NCBI GenBank assembly: GCA_030704615.1
Contig: CM060732.1
Span: 31,000,001-31,064,000 of the forward strand
From: Takakia lepidozioides
Taxonomy: Eukaryota > Plantae > Bryophyta
Direction: 5' to 3'
DNA: 64,000 nt
The notes below the pieces were generated by a model that saw only the letters and a list, made by a program, of their open reading frames with translations, did no database searches and was not told the DNA's origin. The position numbers and the translations under genes were made by a program. Below, in pieces: positions 24,699 to 38,099 of this stretch. Within the stretch, counting starts at the first letter, position 1. Every line of letters starts with the position of its first letter.

Positions 24699-27414
24699 CA
24701 CTAGAAGAGAAACCGGCTTTTTCCACTGTTTTTTCCATATTTTTTGTTGTGGAATCAGCCGCAGTCCACACCTGCCGTGGGTGTAAGGAACGACTAGTGC
24801 TTTCGGACACCTCGTGCATGGCCTGGCTCTCGGGTGGCCCTGTAGAAAAGTCCACGGGAGGCTTTTTCCATGGGTGGGCTTTTTTCACGGGCTGCATGGT
24901 GACATGGCCGATGGCATAGCTGACATGGCAGAGTGTGAAAAAAGGCCAGTGTGGCATATTTCACGGCGGATTTCACACCTTGAACAAGCCACTATATGAC
25001 ACGTGTCATATTTCACACCTTCGACAAGTCACTATGCAATACGTGTTCGTTCTTGTGTGGTGGTACACATTAATTAATTAATTAATTGCTTTCCAATATT
25101 AAGTTTGAATATTAATGGATTAATTTATTGTTATTATTATTATTATTATTATTATAGGAAAAATGGACAGTGGCCTGGATGAGAACATTATTAAATAACA
25201 AAATATTGAAATTATGTTTTTAGAAATTATATTTATTCGCTCAGCCATAGTGTTGAACACTCCCTTTGCATCCTCGATGCACCCACATTTTGCATACATG
25301 TCCACCAGGGTATTGTTCAAAATGACATTTGGTACAATTCCAGCTTTGATGATATCCCCATGCATCTCTTTGCCCTTCTCCAGGGCTGCCAGGGCTGCCA
25401 GGCCTGCAATGTATACAAACATGATGTGGCCGGGCTGGACCCCTTCCCCCATCAGTTGCTCATAGGTCTCCAAAGCCTCCATCCCATGTCCCTGCTGTGC
25501 ATACCCTGCAAGCATCGCACTCCACGACACCACATCTCGTTCAGCCATAGTGTTGAACACTCCCTTTGCATCCTCGATGCACCCACATTTTGCATACATG
25601 TCCACCAGGGTATTGTTCAAAATGACATTTGGTACAATTCCAGCTCTGAAGGTGTCACCATGGAGCTGCCAAGGCAGTGTTTCGAATGACATTAGGTACA
25701 ATTCCAGCTTTGATAATATCCCCATGCACCTCTTTGCCCTTCTCCAGGGCTGCCAGGCCTGCAATGCATACAAACATGATGTGGCCGGGCTGGACCCCTT
25801 CCCCCATCATTTGCTCATAGGTCTCCAAGGCCTCCATCCCACGTCCCTGCAAGCATCGCACTCCACGACACCACATCTCGTTCAGCCATAGTGTTGAACA
25901 CTCCCTTTGCATCCTCGATGCACCCACATTTTGCATACATGTCCACTAGGGTATTGTTCAGAATGACATTTGGTACAATTCCAGCTCTGAAGATGTCACC
26001 ACGGACCTCCTTCCCCTTTTCCAGAGCTGCCACGGCAGTGTTTAGAATGACATTAGGTACAATTCCAGCTTTGATGATATCCCCATGCACCTCTTTGCCC
26101 TTCTCAAGGGTTGCCAGGCTTGCACAAGCATTGCAATGCACACAAACATGATGTGAGAGGGCAAAACAGGTTGAAATAGGTCAAAGAAGAAGATGCCCTC
26201 ACCACATTGTCCTTGAGGTTGTGTCATGACTTGACCGACCATCAACCCAAAAGGACCTCTTGTGTGTGCTGCTTGTGTCTGTAGTCAGGTAATGTCGGAT
26301 TGGTCTGTGAGATCGAACCACCACGGTGTAGCTGAGTAGGCAGAGATTGAAACACAGCCTGCTGTGACCAAGCTAACTCTCCCAAGAATGGCAAGCTCGC
26401 AAGAATGTTGCGAGCTTCTCCTCGTCTCATCTCCTCCTCCTCTCCTCCTTCCTGCATCATTTGCTCGACGCCTCCATCCCACGCCCCTGCATATCCTGCG
26501 ATCATCGCGTTCCATCCCTCAGCTACATGGTGTGGCGCATGGAGACAAAAAAAAACGCCAAGTCCCTGCCCTCCTCTGTGTTCACAATTACCCTAATGGG
26601 CAACCTTATTAGCAACTTTTTGACTTTTTAACCTTTTGCACTTTGATTCATTCTAGGTCAGAGGCTAAAGTCCTGCTACCAGACTTGTCTAGAAAACCAA
26701 AACACCACGTAGACAAACATTTGATAATGGTAATAAAATATATTACCATTGGGCTGGTTTGAACACTTGTTAGTAAATTTAGGTTAGGATTTTTAGGTTA
26801 GGATTTTTTCGAAATATTCTGGTTTTTTCTTTGATGTGTGAGATGACAAAGTCCAAGCATGTCACATAAACAAGGAGTTCAACGTAAGGATGATGCAAGT
26901 GATTTGTGGCAAAAAATGTAAATCATGCCTATGCCTATTTGTCCTAGTTGTGTCATAGGTTGCAACGGAACGGGGCCACTTTTGAATGCGATCCCCATGC
27001 TCATTTCACCAAGGGCATTATAGACTTCATAATGGAGAGATTGAAAATGGGGTGTATTCTTCACTTGCTAGTAGCCCATCGTGCAGATTTCTAAACATGA
27101 ACATGAAGTTCATAATCATTTTCCAAGGGCATCATTCTCAAACTCCCCATACACCACAATCAGTGGAAATAATTGTATGTTCCTATTTCACACAGGTGTG
27201 TAACATGCCATGTAAACTAAGCCAACCCCTGCCACGCTCATGGCTGTTTTCACACCGTTCTTGCCTGGGGTGTGGACCACATGTGAGACACCCCACAGTT
27301 AGGGCATATTTAGACCCACACCTTGGCTCAGTGTATAGACCCGTGATATAAGCCGTGGAATGTGCCAGGTGTGAGATGGCAGAGCCGTGGAAAAAGCCGG
27401 TTTCTCTTCTAGTG
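24699..27414. mobile_element. Non-autonomous CACTA element carrying PPR fragments
   Basis: Perfect 28-bp TIR CACTAGAAGAGAAACCGGCTTTTTCCAC at both ends. 3-bp TSD TAT at 24696-24698 and 27415-27417. Removing the element restores RNaseH ...VVAYASRSNN. Confidence 0.97.
25230..26150 (-). pseudogene. PLS-class pentatricopeptide repeat gene fragment
   Basis: NTLVDMYAKCGCIEDAKGVFNTMAERDVVSWSAMLAGYAQQGHGMEAL repeated with a ~300-bp period; frameshifted. Confidence 0.92.
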
Positions 27415-29613
27415 TATGCCAGCCGCTCGAACAATGATGCCGAGGCGAAGTATAGCTCATATGAAGGGGAGTGACTAGCTACGGTATGGGCAGTGGCACA
27501 TTTTAGATGCTACCTCTATGGCAACCTCTTCACCCTTGTCACGGATCACCAACCATTGAAGTGGTTGATGGAGTTAGACAAGCTTACAGGGAAGCTTGCA
27601 CGATGGGCACTTATGCTTCAAGAGTACGACTTCCAGGTGGTGCATCGAGCCGGTATAGTCAATCGGGATGCAGATGGGTTGAGTCGTAATCCATGCATGA
27701 GCGAGCATGATGATACTGGAGCTTGGTGGCATGGTGAGACGGATGAGGAGATGGTGCCAGGATAGCGCGCATCTACCTTTTTTGTGCATCCTAGCAATGA
27801 GAGCTCAAGCTGGTCCATCCCATAGCATTGGTCAAGTAGATGGTGTGCATGATGATCCGGAGATCAGTGAGGAGCTTGGTGGTGCTAAGGATATGCATGA
27901 AAATGCAGCAGTGTTGGCCTACCTTCGTACAGGAGAGACAACAGCCAGTGTGACTGCTAAGGAGAGAGATCGGATCCTACAACGAGCCAAGAGGTTCAAG
28001 TGGGAAGGGACTCACCTACTCCGGGAATGGGAGGATAGACGAGTGAGGATTGTGCCTCATCCAACACAACGAGCGCGATTGGTACGCCATGCCCATGAGG
28101 AGTTGGGACATTTTGGGGTGCGGCGCACTCATAGTTTGCTGCAAGGGCAGTATTGGTGGCGGGGCATGCACACGGATGTGCAACAGTTAGTGACAAGGTG
28201 CATGGTGTGTGATAGAGTGCGGGCTTCTTTCAACGCCCCTACTCCACAATTGCATCATTTACCCATTATGGGTTTGGGCTATCGTTGGAGTCTTGACTTC
28301 GCAGGCCCATTGCCACTGACGATTCGCCATAACAAGTATGTGCTGGTGATGGTGGAACACTTCTCCAAATGGATTGAACTAGTGGCATTGCCTGACAAGG
28401 CAAGTGAGGGGGCTGCATATGCATTCTTAGTCGAGTGCTTAGCCATTTTGGTGCTCCAGCCGAGGTACTCACGGACCAGGGGAGAGAATTCTTGGGGGAG
28501 TTTCAGGCTTTGTGTGAGCAAGCCTTGATAGATCACCGCACTACTTCTCGGGATCATCCCGAGGCTGATGGCTTGGCGGAGAGAGTTGTTCAGACAGTCA
28601 AGAGAGGTTTGCGCAAGTACGGTTTGCGCAAGTACGGTTTGCAGAAGGGACACCTAGGAGATTGGGACCTTCAACTGCCTTGGCTAGCTATGGGCTATAG
28701 GTTCAGCAAACAAGCTTCACTTGCCTCCTTCTCACTTTACTTTCTTCTCTTCGGCCGAGAGCCGGATTTGCCTGCATCTATTCGCAGGGAGGCTGCAATA
28801 GTTCTCAATTTTGATGATCCGGATGTGTGGATACAAGCATGTGCCCAGCGGGCACAGTTGTTCAAGAGAGTCATGTCTATGGGTTTTGAGAACCTTGCTA
28901 TTGCCCAACACCGAGACACATTGAGGTACGCCACTATACGTGGAGGGGGATATCGGCCAAGTGTTCGGCGTTTCCACCTTGGGGACTATGTGTATCTGCA
29001 GCAGACAGCGCCTACGACCTTGGATGTCACAGCAGGACGTGTGATTCTAAGGGTCAGGGAGGTGTTGCCTTCAGGAGTGTTGATTCTGGAAGGTCGAGAC
29101 GGCATAGTATGGAAGGACCATGTGCGCAATTGTGCGCCATGTCACTTTCCACATGTAGATGGGAGGATAGATCCCAACCTTGCAGTGGTACCTGTAGGAT
29201 TGCGTTGCATGCCATGTGGATATGCTGGTGGCGCCACAACCATGTTGGTGTGTGACAAATGCTCAAGGGGGTGGCACATGGGATGCTTGACACAGCCACT
29301 TGAGGAGGTCCCTATTGGAGAATGGTTGTGTCCACGATGCCTTGGACAGAGGTAGTGGGCATGACAATGGTGAGGCGGACAAGTTATCCAAGGTCTAGCT
29401 AGTGAGGCTTCAATGCCATGGATACTCAACTAAATATCATGGATTGCATGAAGGCGACTAACGATGGGGCTACGTTTGCACCCGGCCTCTTGATCTATCG
29501 ACTTCAGGTGTTGGGACTTGTGCAATTGAAGACCAAGCGATGATCTTATTGAGATGGATACTTGTCAGCTATTCGGTGTTAGAGGGACCTAAGCACCAGC
29601 TAAGGGGGGCAAT

Positions 29614-30151
29614 TGTGGCATAGCTTTCTAAGATTATGTGCTTAGAATGTATGGTGGACAACGATGTATGTTGTGGCACGATGCTTAGATGCACGACAGC
29701 TGTCATGGTTTTAGTCATGGTTAACTAGAATTACCTACTTCTAGTTAACTAGGATATTTTGGATATTCATATTTGTGTTTTGTGTGTTGGGACTTCATTT
29801 GGTCTCACATGGCAAGTGAGGTGTCAAACCTCACTTGGGACATGGGGATGGGTTTTCCCCTTGTGAGTGTTGAGGAGGGCTCATCTTCTTGTAGTTGAGC
29901 CTCCATGAGCCTCTCCCACCTCCATAGCTCTAGGTATTGAGTGGGAGTGTGGTGAGGGCTTTGTAGGGTGGATTCCTTTAGCAAAGGTGCCATTGGCTTG
30001 ACTTAGTTTATGTGATTGAGTGGATTCATGAGTGGAGTGTTTCCATTGTGTTCACTTTCATTATCATCGTGGCATAGCTTTCTAGGATTGTGTGCTAGAA
30101 TGTATGGTGGACAGCGATGTATGTTGTGGCACGATGCTTAGGTGCACGACA
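29614..30151 (+). repeat. 3' LTR region of copy 1: block B (29614-29698), segment A (29701-30066), block B again (30069-30151)
   Basis: Starts TGTGGCA just after the PPT AAGGGGGGC; direct repeats are visible in the sequence. Confidence 0.8.
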
Positions 30152-33100
30152 AAAAAACTGAGTATCATTGCAAGGCCTTGCCCTTACTTCCAAGGCAAAA
30201 TGATTCGGGGATCATTCTAGAGTAGATGTTTTTGAACATAAAAGATGTTCACCTTTCTAGCGGAAGGCAGTAACCCCTGGGGGTGAAGAGACACCATCAT
30301 TTACGCTTCCTTCGGGAGGTGTCAATTATTATTATTATTCGTGAATATTAGTCATTGAAGTTCTCAATAGTAGTGCGGATCAATACGAAGCTCTAGTTCT
30401 AGTGACGATGGAAGACTAGTTTAAGTGTTGAGCAGGAATAGGGTGTCGTAGTGCGATGTCATCATTGACACATTTCATATAAAATTTCATCGTTGTCATT
30501 TTTAAGTTGTCTGGGTAAAACTTAATAATAATAATAATAAATTGAATTATGATATTCATATGTTTTGTCAAATTTGCTTTGAATTTCTTTCTTTGTTTCT
30601 TTTGTTTCTTCACATTTTCAATGTAAATGTTACAAAACTTCTAAATGTAAGTTATAATAAAACCACAAAACAGAAATAAATTGTTTGCCCAATTTTCAAC
30701 AATATTCAAACTGAAGTGATGTGGCGCAAACACATCACCATCACATCACATCCAAAAATGCCATGATTTTACGTTTTTATTTATTTATTTTAATTTTATA
30801 CGACATATTTATCATAAATGCCAAGGTGGACTGGACACCTGGATTAATTTTATTTTTCATCCATGTAATTTAAAAATTTATAACTAAGGGGCTGCTCCAG
30901 CGGTTGTCCAACTTTTTTTTTTTTGTTCTTTTTTTTTCCTCGGGTAACCGCTACAACAGCTGTGTAGCATTGTGGCGGTCCCGCAATCACCCATCTATAT
31001 TTTGGACGACCGCTACAACGGTCACCATGCGTTCGGCAGTCGCAATTGCCTGCACATATCTTTTTTGGTATTTAAAAAAATACTTACTTGTCAATTATGT
31101 ATTATTTCTTAGTTACTACATAAAACTGACGTGACTCCGACCACGTCACTGTAGGTTCGACGTGATTTGACGTCACTCATGTGTATAACATTGGTTTTCA
31201 AGTTCAACATTTGGTTTTGTGGTTAATACATTTTAATTTACTAATATATTACGATATTACATATATATTATATGTAATATGATAAAGCTAATAGCTATTG
31301 AAATGTAAAAACTCTTAATATTAAATTTTTATCTTTTATCCATATTTTAAATAATTATAAATAACGTAATTTTTACTATATTATAAATACATATCAACAG
31401 ACTTTATGATAAATACTAGTCTATATATGTACACCAATTTAGTATCTATGTTTGAATATTTTAAATTTGAAATCCTAATGCATAATTATATATCAAAATA
31501 CAAATTAACATGATAGATTGGTAGAGCTTTTAATTATTTAAATCCTCATTGATGATGTTTCCCCTTTTGTTGGTCCTGCCCTCAGGTAGAGACTACGCAA
31601 TGGTTTCTCCTGCTTGTCACGGTACCAATGTTTATAGATGATTGTCATCCATATCATCAATTACACCTGCCTCATGAAATAAACTTATTTACATCGTAAC
31701 ACCTGTTTGTACAAGAACGATACATGGACCGTATTGCTTTAACACCTAAGGGTATTATAGGTAATTGGGAAGCTCTTGCATATTATTAAGAACAATGGGT
31801 GAGTTGGAAGGTATGCTGCCGCTGCTGGAGGTAGGTTTTAATCCACCAGAAATAATGAGCAATATTGAGAATGTATTTTTTCCTAATTTGCATGTCTTAG
31901 CATATTAACAAGAGGGCAAGGCTTGGATGTACCATGCATTTGTTTTGTCTAGTGGATATTATATTCGGTTTACAACACTTTTGTGACTTCCCACTAGTCG
32001 TAGATCATGATTTTCCAAGGAAGCCCCGAAACTGATATTTGCGACTTCCCCAAAGTCAAAGAATCTGTTTTCGTCATTAAAATGTGTTGTCATGAAGGTT
32101 GTCAGCCCATCAACCCTCTCACAATTTTTCTATGACAGTGCCCTAAGGAGTTACAACAAACTGCAATGGTTTTGGGTAGCAACAACTCCCTCGAGGTTGC
32201 ACCTTCAATGTTTGCAATCTGCGACCCCCTATGCCTCACAACTAATTGCGATGGTTTTTTTTGTGGTCGATTGTGGCATCCCAAAAATTAATTTTAAAAT
32301 CCTTTTATTCTCTTTTATTTATTTATTTATAATCTTAAGTTGTTTGCAACTTCCATAGCGGACTCGTCAAATGTTCTGTACAACTTTTAGGAGATATTTG
32401 GATTCCTATATGTCGAAGTTGTCAACGCACAACCTAGATAAGTTCGAACTGGTGATCTCCATAAATTAATGAAACTACACATGATTACTGCATATAGCTA
32501 ACCAGAACAACCGAATATATAGCATTATATAACATTACAACATACATTAATTATGTATGACAAAAACACTTCCAAATCATATGTTATTATCTCTTGCAAC
32601 TATTCGGAAATTGCAATTAGTTGTGACGTCCATTGGGTTGCAAAATAAGAGGCCGCAAATTTATGTTTTGAGATAGAAATGTTTAAAAAAAAAATGATTA
32701 ACAAATGATACTGTTGCTTGTATAATTTGGGGCCCATTTGGATTTTGTTGAATTAGCATATCTATAATTAGGCATATTGCTATAAAATTGGTAAGATAAA
32801 TGTTCAAATCTCCATCGATTGGGAAAAATGAAACAATGTATACACGTCAGAACAACAGTATTTCCTTTTAGGAGTACCCACAGCCATGCATTTGATCACC
32901 CTTTCTCTGAGTTCGTATGTTAGATCCTAGAGTCAGCACGATTATACTTTTAGTTCCATTATCTTCATCTCCCCAGAGAGAATCCTCAACTAAAAGGGAC
33001 GTCCAACAAAAATTTAGCTCTTATTCTTTATCTTCTTCACCTTGTCGAAGAACTCCTTCACACCAGTACGAAATCCTGAACCCACATTAAGGACCTCATA

Positions 33101-33256
33101 CTCCTGCAGGTGCACGCAATGAGTGGCATTCTGAAAAAGACATGTTGCCATTGTCATAGTTGATACCCAAGGCATAAGTAACAATCACTCACCAAATCAT
33201 CTAGTTTTCGCAATGCTTCCTTTTCCTCTTCTGCAACTTCTTTTCTTCTGCATAAA

Positions 33257-33425
33257 ATCCGCCCTCTCGGTTGTCTTCAAGATTTATTGGTTTTGTGGCT
33301 AGATTCATGTTTGTGAGAGGTAGAGGTGGTGTTGGTTATGTAGTTCTACAGGCTCCCCCTCTCGGTTGTCTTCGAGATTTCTTGATTTTGTGGCTAGATT
33401 TTTGGTTGTGAGAGGTAGAGGTGGA
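33257..33425 (+). repeat. ~70-bp direct duplication
   Basis: ccctctcggttgtcttc...tgtgagaggtagaggtgg occurs twice (~33262 and ~33357). Confidence 0.8.
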
Positions 33426-34724
33426 ATTTGTGAGAGGTGGATATGTCATGGCGTCGAAGCGTTTGCGATACACTAGATCCGTATGTGATATAGTGAATAT
33501 GGGAACTCCTCCGCACAATTTGCATGCAGGCGGTGGTAGAGCATATCGACTCCAGGGGGGTTCACTATATATATTTTTTTCATATCACGTGCGTACAAAT
33601 GTATATTTATACTAGGCTATATTCTTCAATTTTTGCATTTTTTTTCTACCCTATATTTAGGTAATGATTGTAAAACCCTTTGCTTTCTAACACCATATTT
33701 TTTTTTATAAATTTTTTTGCAACAATTAATTAGACCATATTTTAAATTGTCCTTTTAAATGATTGCAAATTCTCAAAGCATGTACACAAACAAGTACATT
33801 CCATATAACATAAGTCAAATGCCGGACCCAAGAAAAAGTTTAATTTTCATTAGTCACGAACTCATTTAAAGCCGCAACATCACTTGGATCTAAAGAGTAC
33901 AAGTTTTGAGATGGTTCAAATGTCATAGTCATTGTTGAGATTATAGTATCAACATCAATCCACTACGTATCACTGGAATTATATTTCAACTTTAGGTGAC
34001 TTCTACTTGATCTCATCCTCATGGATTACAGCTGGATGTAATATGAGAAACTTCACAAAGATGCATACATTGTAGATAAAACCCTTTATTATATTAATTT
34101 TTTAAGTTAAACTCTGGATTTTTCGTGACATTTGTTTTTAAAAAACTGGGTGAAATGATATTGCCCTACCAAATTTTCTAAGTAATTTTTTTCATAAATT
34201 TACCTCAAAAAAAAAAAATTACACCCTATATTTGTTCTCACGTGGTTTTGAAAATACGGGGAGTGACTCTCCTAAGATCGACTCTCTCCGGTTGCCAAGA
34301 AAACCGTTTTTGGGGCTTGAGACTGTCCCAAGTCTGACCTTTCTTGAAATGAGTTCATGTTTTCACCTAAACAAGAACCAACCATCTATTTTCCCTGTCG
34401 TGCGCATACGTATCGCTACACAACTACATCGCTATCCAAACTACACCACACATATATGGACAATAAAGTAGTCTGCCACAATCGCCCCCCTAGCTGGTGG
34501 ATAGGTCCCTCTAACTCCAGATAGCTACAAGATGTAATAGCCACAGCCGTACTAAGTCCTCTATCACTGTCCCTATTGTACTCAAACTCTATAGACCAAG
34601 AGGCCGGGTACAAGAGTAGCCCCATCGTTAGTTGCCGTCTTGCAATCTGTGAACTTGAGCCAGGATCTCGTGTGTTCAAGGTCTCATAGTAGCTTGGCCT
34701 TGCATTTCTTGTTAGCCTTCCATG

Positions 34725-37700
34725 TAACCAATCCCCATCAGGAACCATCTCAAGAGGTGGAGTCAAGCATCTCATATGCCAACCTCTAGAGCATCGATCA
34801 CACACCAGCATGGTGGCTGCCCCTCTAGCAGACCCACACAACATGCACCTCAAACTTGCAGATACCACTGCCAGGTTTGGGTCAATCCTGCCATCGACAT
34901 TTGGAAGGTGACATGGCGCACAATTATGCACATGGTCCTTCCAAGTTATGCCATCCCGACCCTCCAAGATCAAGATGCGTGAGGGCAAGACCTCTCGAAC
35001 CCTCAAAATAACACGTCCAAGGTCGTAGGAGCAGTCTGCTGCAGATAAACATAGTCACCAGGGTTGAATCTCCGAACCCCAGGACAATAGCCCCCACCAC
35101 GTATGGTAGCATACCTCAATGTATCACGATGTTGTGCAATGGCAAGGTTCTCGAAAGCCATGGGCATGACTTTCTTGAACAACTCTGTACGCTGATCACA
35201 TGCACGTGCCCACACGTCCGGATCGTCAAGGTTAAGAACTGTAGCAGCTTCTCTACAAATGGATGTAGGCAAATCCGGCTCTCGGCCAAAGAGAAGAAAG
35301 TATGGTGAGAAAGAGGCAAGTGATGCTTGCTTACTGAACCTGTAGCCCATGGCTAACCAGGGTAACTGAAGGTCCCAATCTCCTAGGTGTCCCTTCTGCA
35401 AGCCATACTTGCGCAAACCCCTCTTTACTGTCTGAACAACCCTCTCTGCCAAGCCATCGGCCTCAGGATGATCCTGAGAAGTGGTGCGGTGGTCTACCAA
35501 GGCCTGGTCACACAAAGCCTGAAACTCCCCCAAGAACTCTCTCCCTTGGTCCGTGAGTACCTCAGCTGGAGCACCGAATCGGCTAAGTACACAATCCAAG
35601 AATGCATCACTAGCCTTATCAGGCAATGGAACCAACTCGATCCACTTGGAGAAGTGCTCCACCATCACCAACACGTACTTGTTGTGGCACATGGTCAGTG
35701 GCAACGGCCCTGCGAAGTCAAGACTCCACTTGTAGCCCAATCCCATGATCGAAAGAGGGTGCAATTGTGGAGTAGGGGCGTTGAATGAAGCACGCACCTT
35801 GTCACACACCATGCACCTAGCCACAAATTGTTGCACCTCTGTATGCATACCACGCCACCAATATTGCCCCTGCAGTAGACTATGAGTGCGTCGCACCCCA
35901 AAATGCCCCAACTCCTCATGGGCATGCCGCACTAACCGTGCCCGTTGTCTTGGGTGAGGCACAATCCTCACTCGACCATCCTCCCACACTCGGAGCAGGT
36001 GTGTCCCCTCCCACTTGAACCTCTTGGCTCGTTGTAGGATCCGATCCCTCTCTTTGGCAGTCACAGTGGTTGCCGTGTCTCCAGTGCGGAGGTAGTCCAA
36101 CACAGCTGAATCCTCATGTATATCTTTGGCGCCACCTTGCTCATTGCTGGCCTCAGGGTCCTCAGACACTTGATCTACAGTCATCCCTGTTGCAGGTCCA
36201 ACCTGGCCTTCCGCTGCCAAGATACACAGAAATGCAGATGCACGCCATCTGGGCACCATCTCCTCGTCCGTCTCACCATGCCACCGAGCTCCAGTGTCAT
36301 CCTGCTGGCTCGTGCATGGATTGCGACTCAACCCATCTGCATCCCGATTGACCAAACCCGGTCGATGCACAACCAGAAAGTCGTACTCTTGAAGGATGAG
36401 TGCCCACCATGCAAGCTTCCCCGTAAGCTTGTCTAACTCCATCAACCACTTGAGTGGTTGGTGATCCGTGACAAGGGTGAAGAGATTGTCGTATAGATAG
36501 CACCTAAAGTGTGCCACGGCCCACTCTGCAGCTAAGCATTCTCCCTCATATGAGCTATACTTAGACTCTGCAGCGTTGTTCGAGCGGCTAGCATAAGCCA
36601 CTACGAACTCTCTTCCCTCATCATCCACCTGTGTGAGCACCGCTCCAAGCCCCAACATGCTCCAATCTGTATGCAGCTGAAAAGGACGCCCCCTGATAGG
36701 TCGTCTCAAGATGGGCGCCGAGGTCAACCTCGCCTTGAGCTCTTGAAAAGCTTGTTCTTGCTCATCTTCCCACTGCCACTCTTGGACCACCTTGGTCAGT
36801 TTGGTTAGAGCCTTTGCAATGGCACTAAATCCCTTAACAAACCATCTATAATTGTTTGCTAACCCCATGAAAGCTCGAACTCGACTCACATCCGTGGGGC
36901 GTGGAATCTGTGCAATGGACTCTACCTTAGTCTGCTGTACCCCCAATCCTCCAGGATATATCATGTGACCCAGATACTCAATTTGGTTGTGGAAAAACTT
37001 GCACTTCCCCGGATGTAACTTCAATCCGTGCGCCCTCAAGCGCTCAAATACCACCTGAAGGTGTCTCTCATGCTCCTCCACCGTAGCACTAATGATGATG
37101 TCATCTATGTAGCACCGAGCAAACTCCACCCCTGCTAGAATCCTGTCCATGACTCTCTGAAAACTCTGCAGGAGCGTTCTTAAGCCCAAATGGTAAGAAT
37201 ATAGGCAATCCTTCCCGTGCTCATTGATCCCCCAGAATGCCGTCTTCTGCTTATCCGCCTCCTTGATCGGCAATTGGTGATATCTGGATCGTAAATCCAA
37301 AGTGCTAAAGACCTTGGCATGCCCAATGGCATCAAAGATCTCCTCTGGTGTTGGCATGGCATACCTATCGGACTTGGTCTGACGATTTACAGGCCGGTAA
37401 TCACCGCACATATGTCTCTCCGTCCAATTGCCATAGACATCCTTCTTGGCTGGCATCACTGTGGCTGAAACATACTCTCCCCCAGATAGCTCCACCAAAC
37501 CAGCCTCCCAAAGGTCCTGAGTTCTCATCTGAATCAAGGACCTCTTCATGTCATTGTATCTATAGGGTCTCCGAAAGATTGGCGTGTCAGTAGCCAATTC
37601 AATGCGAATCTCTTGACCCTTCAGTGCTCCTAAGTCCTTCAAACTGAAGGCAAAGCAATTCCTGTAAGCCCTCAAGAACCGCCGTATACGTCGTCTCTCT

Positions 37701-37801
37701 CCTCCGGTGACTATAGGTCCAATATCAGGCTCCCAGTTATCCTCCGTAACTGCAACCTTGAGTCCAGCAGGCTTAGAGGTAGAAGACGTGTCCCGTGGTT
37801 G
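34725..37801 (-). pseudogene. pol: pol (RT-RNaseH-integrase-PHD), copy 2
   Basis: 890-aa ORF 35003-37675 with YIDD, TDWS, HHCC and DDE motifs. Frameshifted tail ...CMLCGSARGAATMLVCDRCSRGWHMRC (PHD with last Cys pair lost). Confidence 0.95.
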
Positions 37802-38099
37802 CTATGCTGCAACCTCTTGAGCAGTGACCACTGCCTCCTCTGTCAGTGACAATGTCTCATCCTGCCCCATCATCCCATCCTTGAGGACCTCCTCAACCCG
37901 AGAAAAATCCCCAACCTGATCCATCATCGCCGCCTTGGCTGCCAACTCCTTCTGAACCTCGAGCACCTCCCACGTGTGCCATGGATGCGGCCTGCACCTC
38001 GTGGTTGTCACCTATTCGCCCCCACTCGCTGCCTGTACCGTCTCGGTAGGTAGGGAGACCATAAAGGGAAGTGTACTCTGTACTCTGCGCTGCTCAGCC

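Larger units (their letters stand above)
23492..29355 (+). pseudogene. pol: pol (RT-RNaseH-integrase-PHD), copy 1, interrupted by CACTA insertion
   Basis: RMCGDYR, LDLRSGYHQ, LPFGLKNAP, YIDE (copy 2 has YIDD), LHTDWS, TDHQPLKWL, HAHEELGH..CMVC, TDQG..E; PHD at ~29206-29340. Frameshifts and stops; 15-bp tandem duplication at 28606-28635. Confidence 0.95.
7662..30151 (+). mobile_element. Ty3/Gypsy LTR retrotransposon with DNMT and PHD domains, copy 1, with nested insertions
   Basis: Gag-PR-DNMT-RT-RH-IN-PHD at 19615-29355, PPT at ~29602-29610, LTR segment shared between 7662 and 29714. The outer boundaries are uncertain. Confidence 0.65.

Noticed and set aside
25120-26150. Functional host PPR gene
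   Set aside because: Frameshifted, no targeting peptide or E/DYW domain seen, and enclosed by CACTA TIRs.
29614-30151. DIRS/Ngaro split-repeat element
   Set aside because: The element has a DDE integrase, a protease and a PPT, and no tyrosine recombinase.
30200-34230. Host gene in the AT-rich spacer
   Set aside because: Only short ORFs without recognisable motifs; no supportable call.
38012-38014. Second in-frame TAG after the DNMT in copy 2 as a programmed stop
   Set aside because: Not shared with copy 1 (sense codon CAC there) and followed by GTG, not CARYYA; likely decay.
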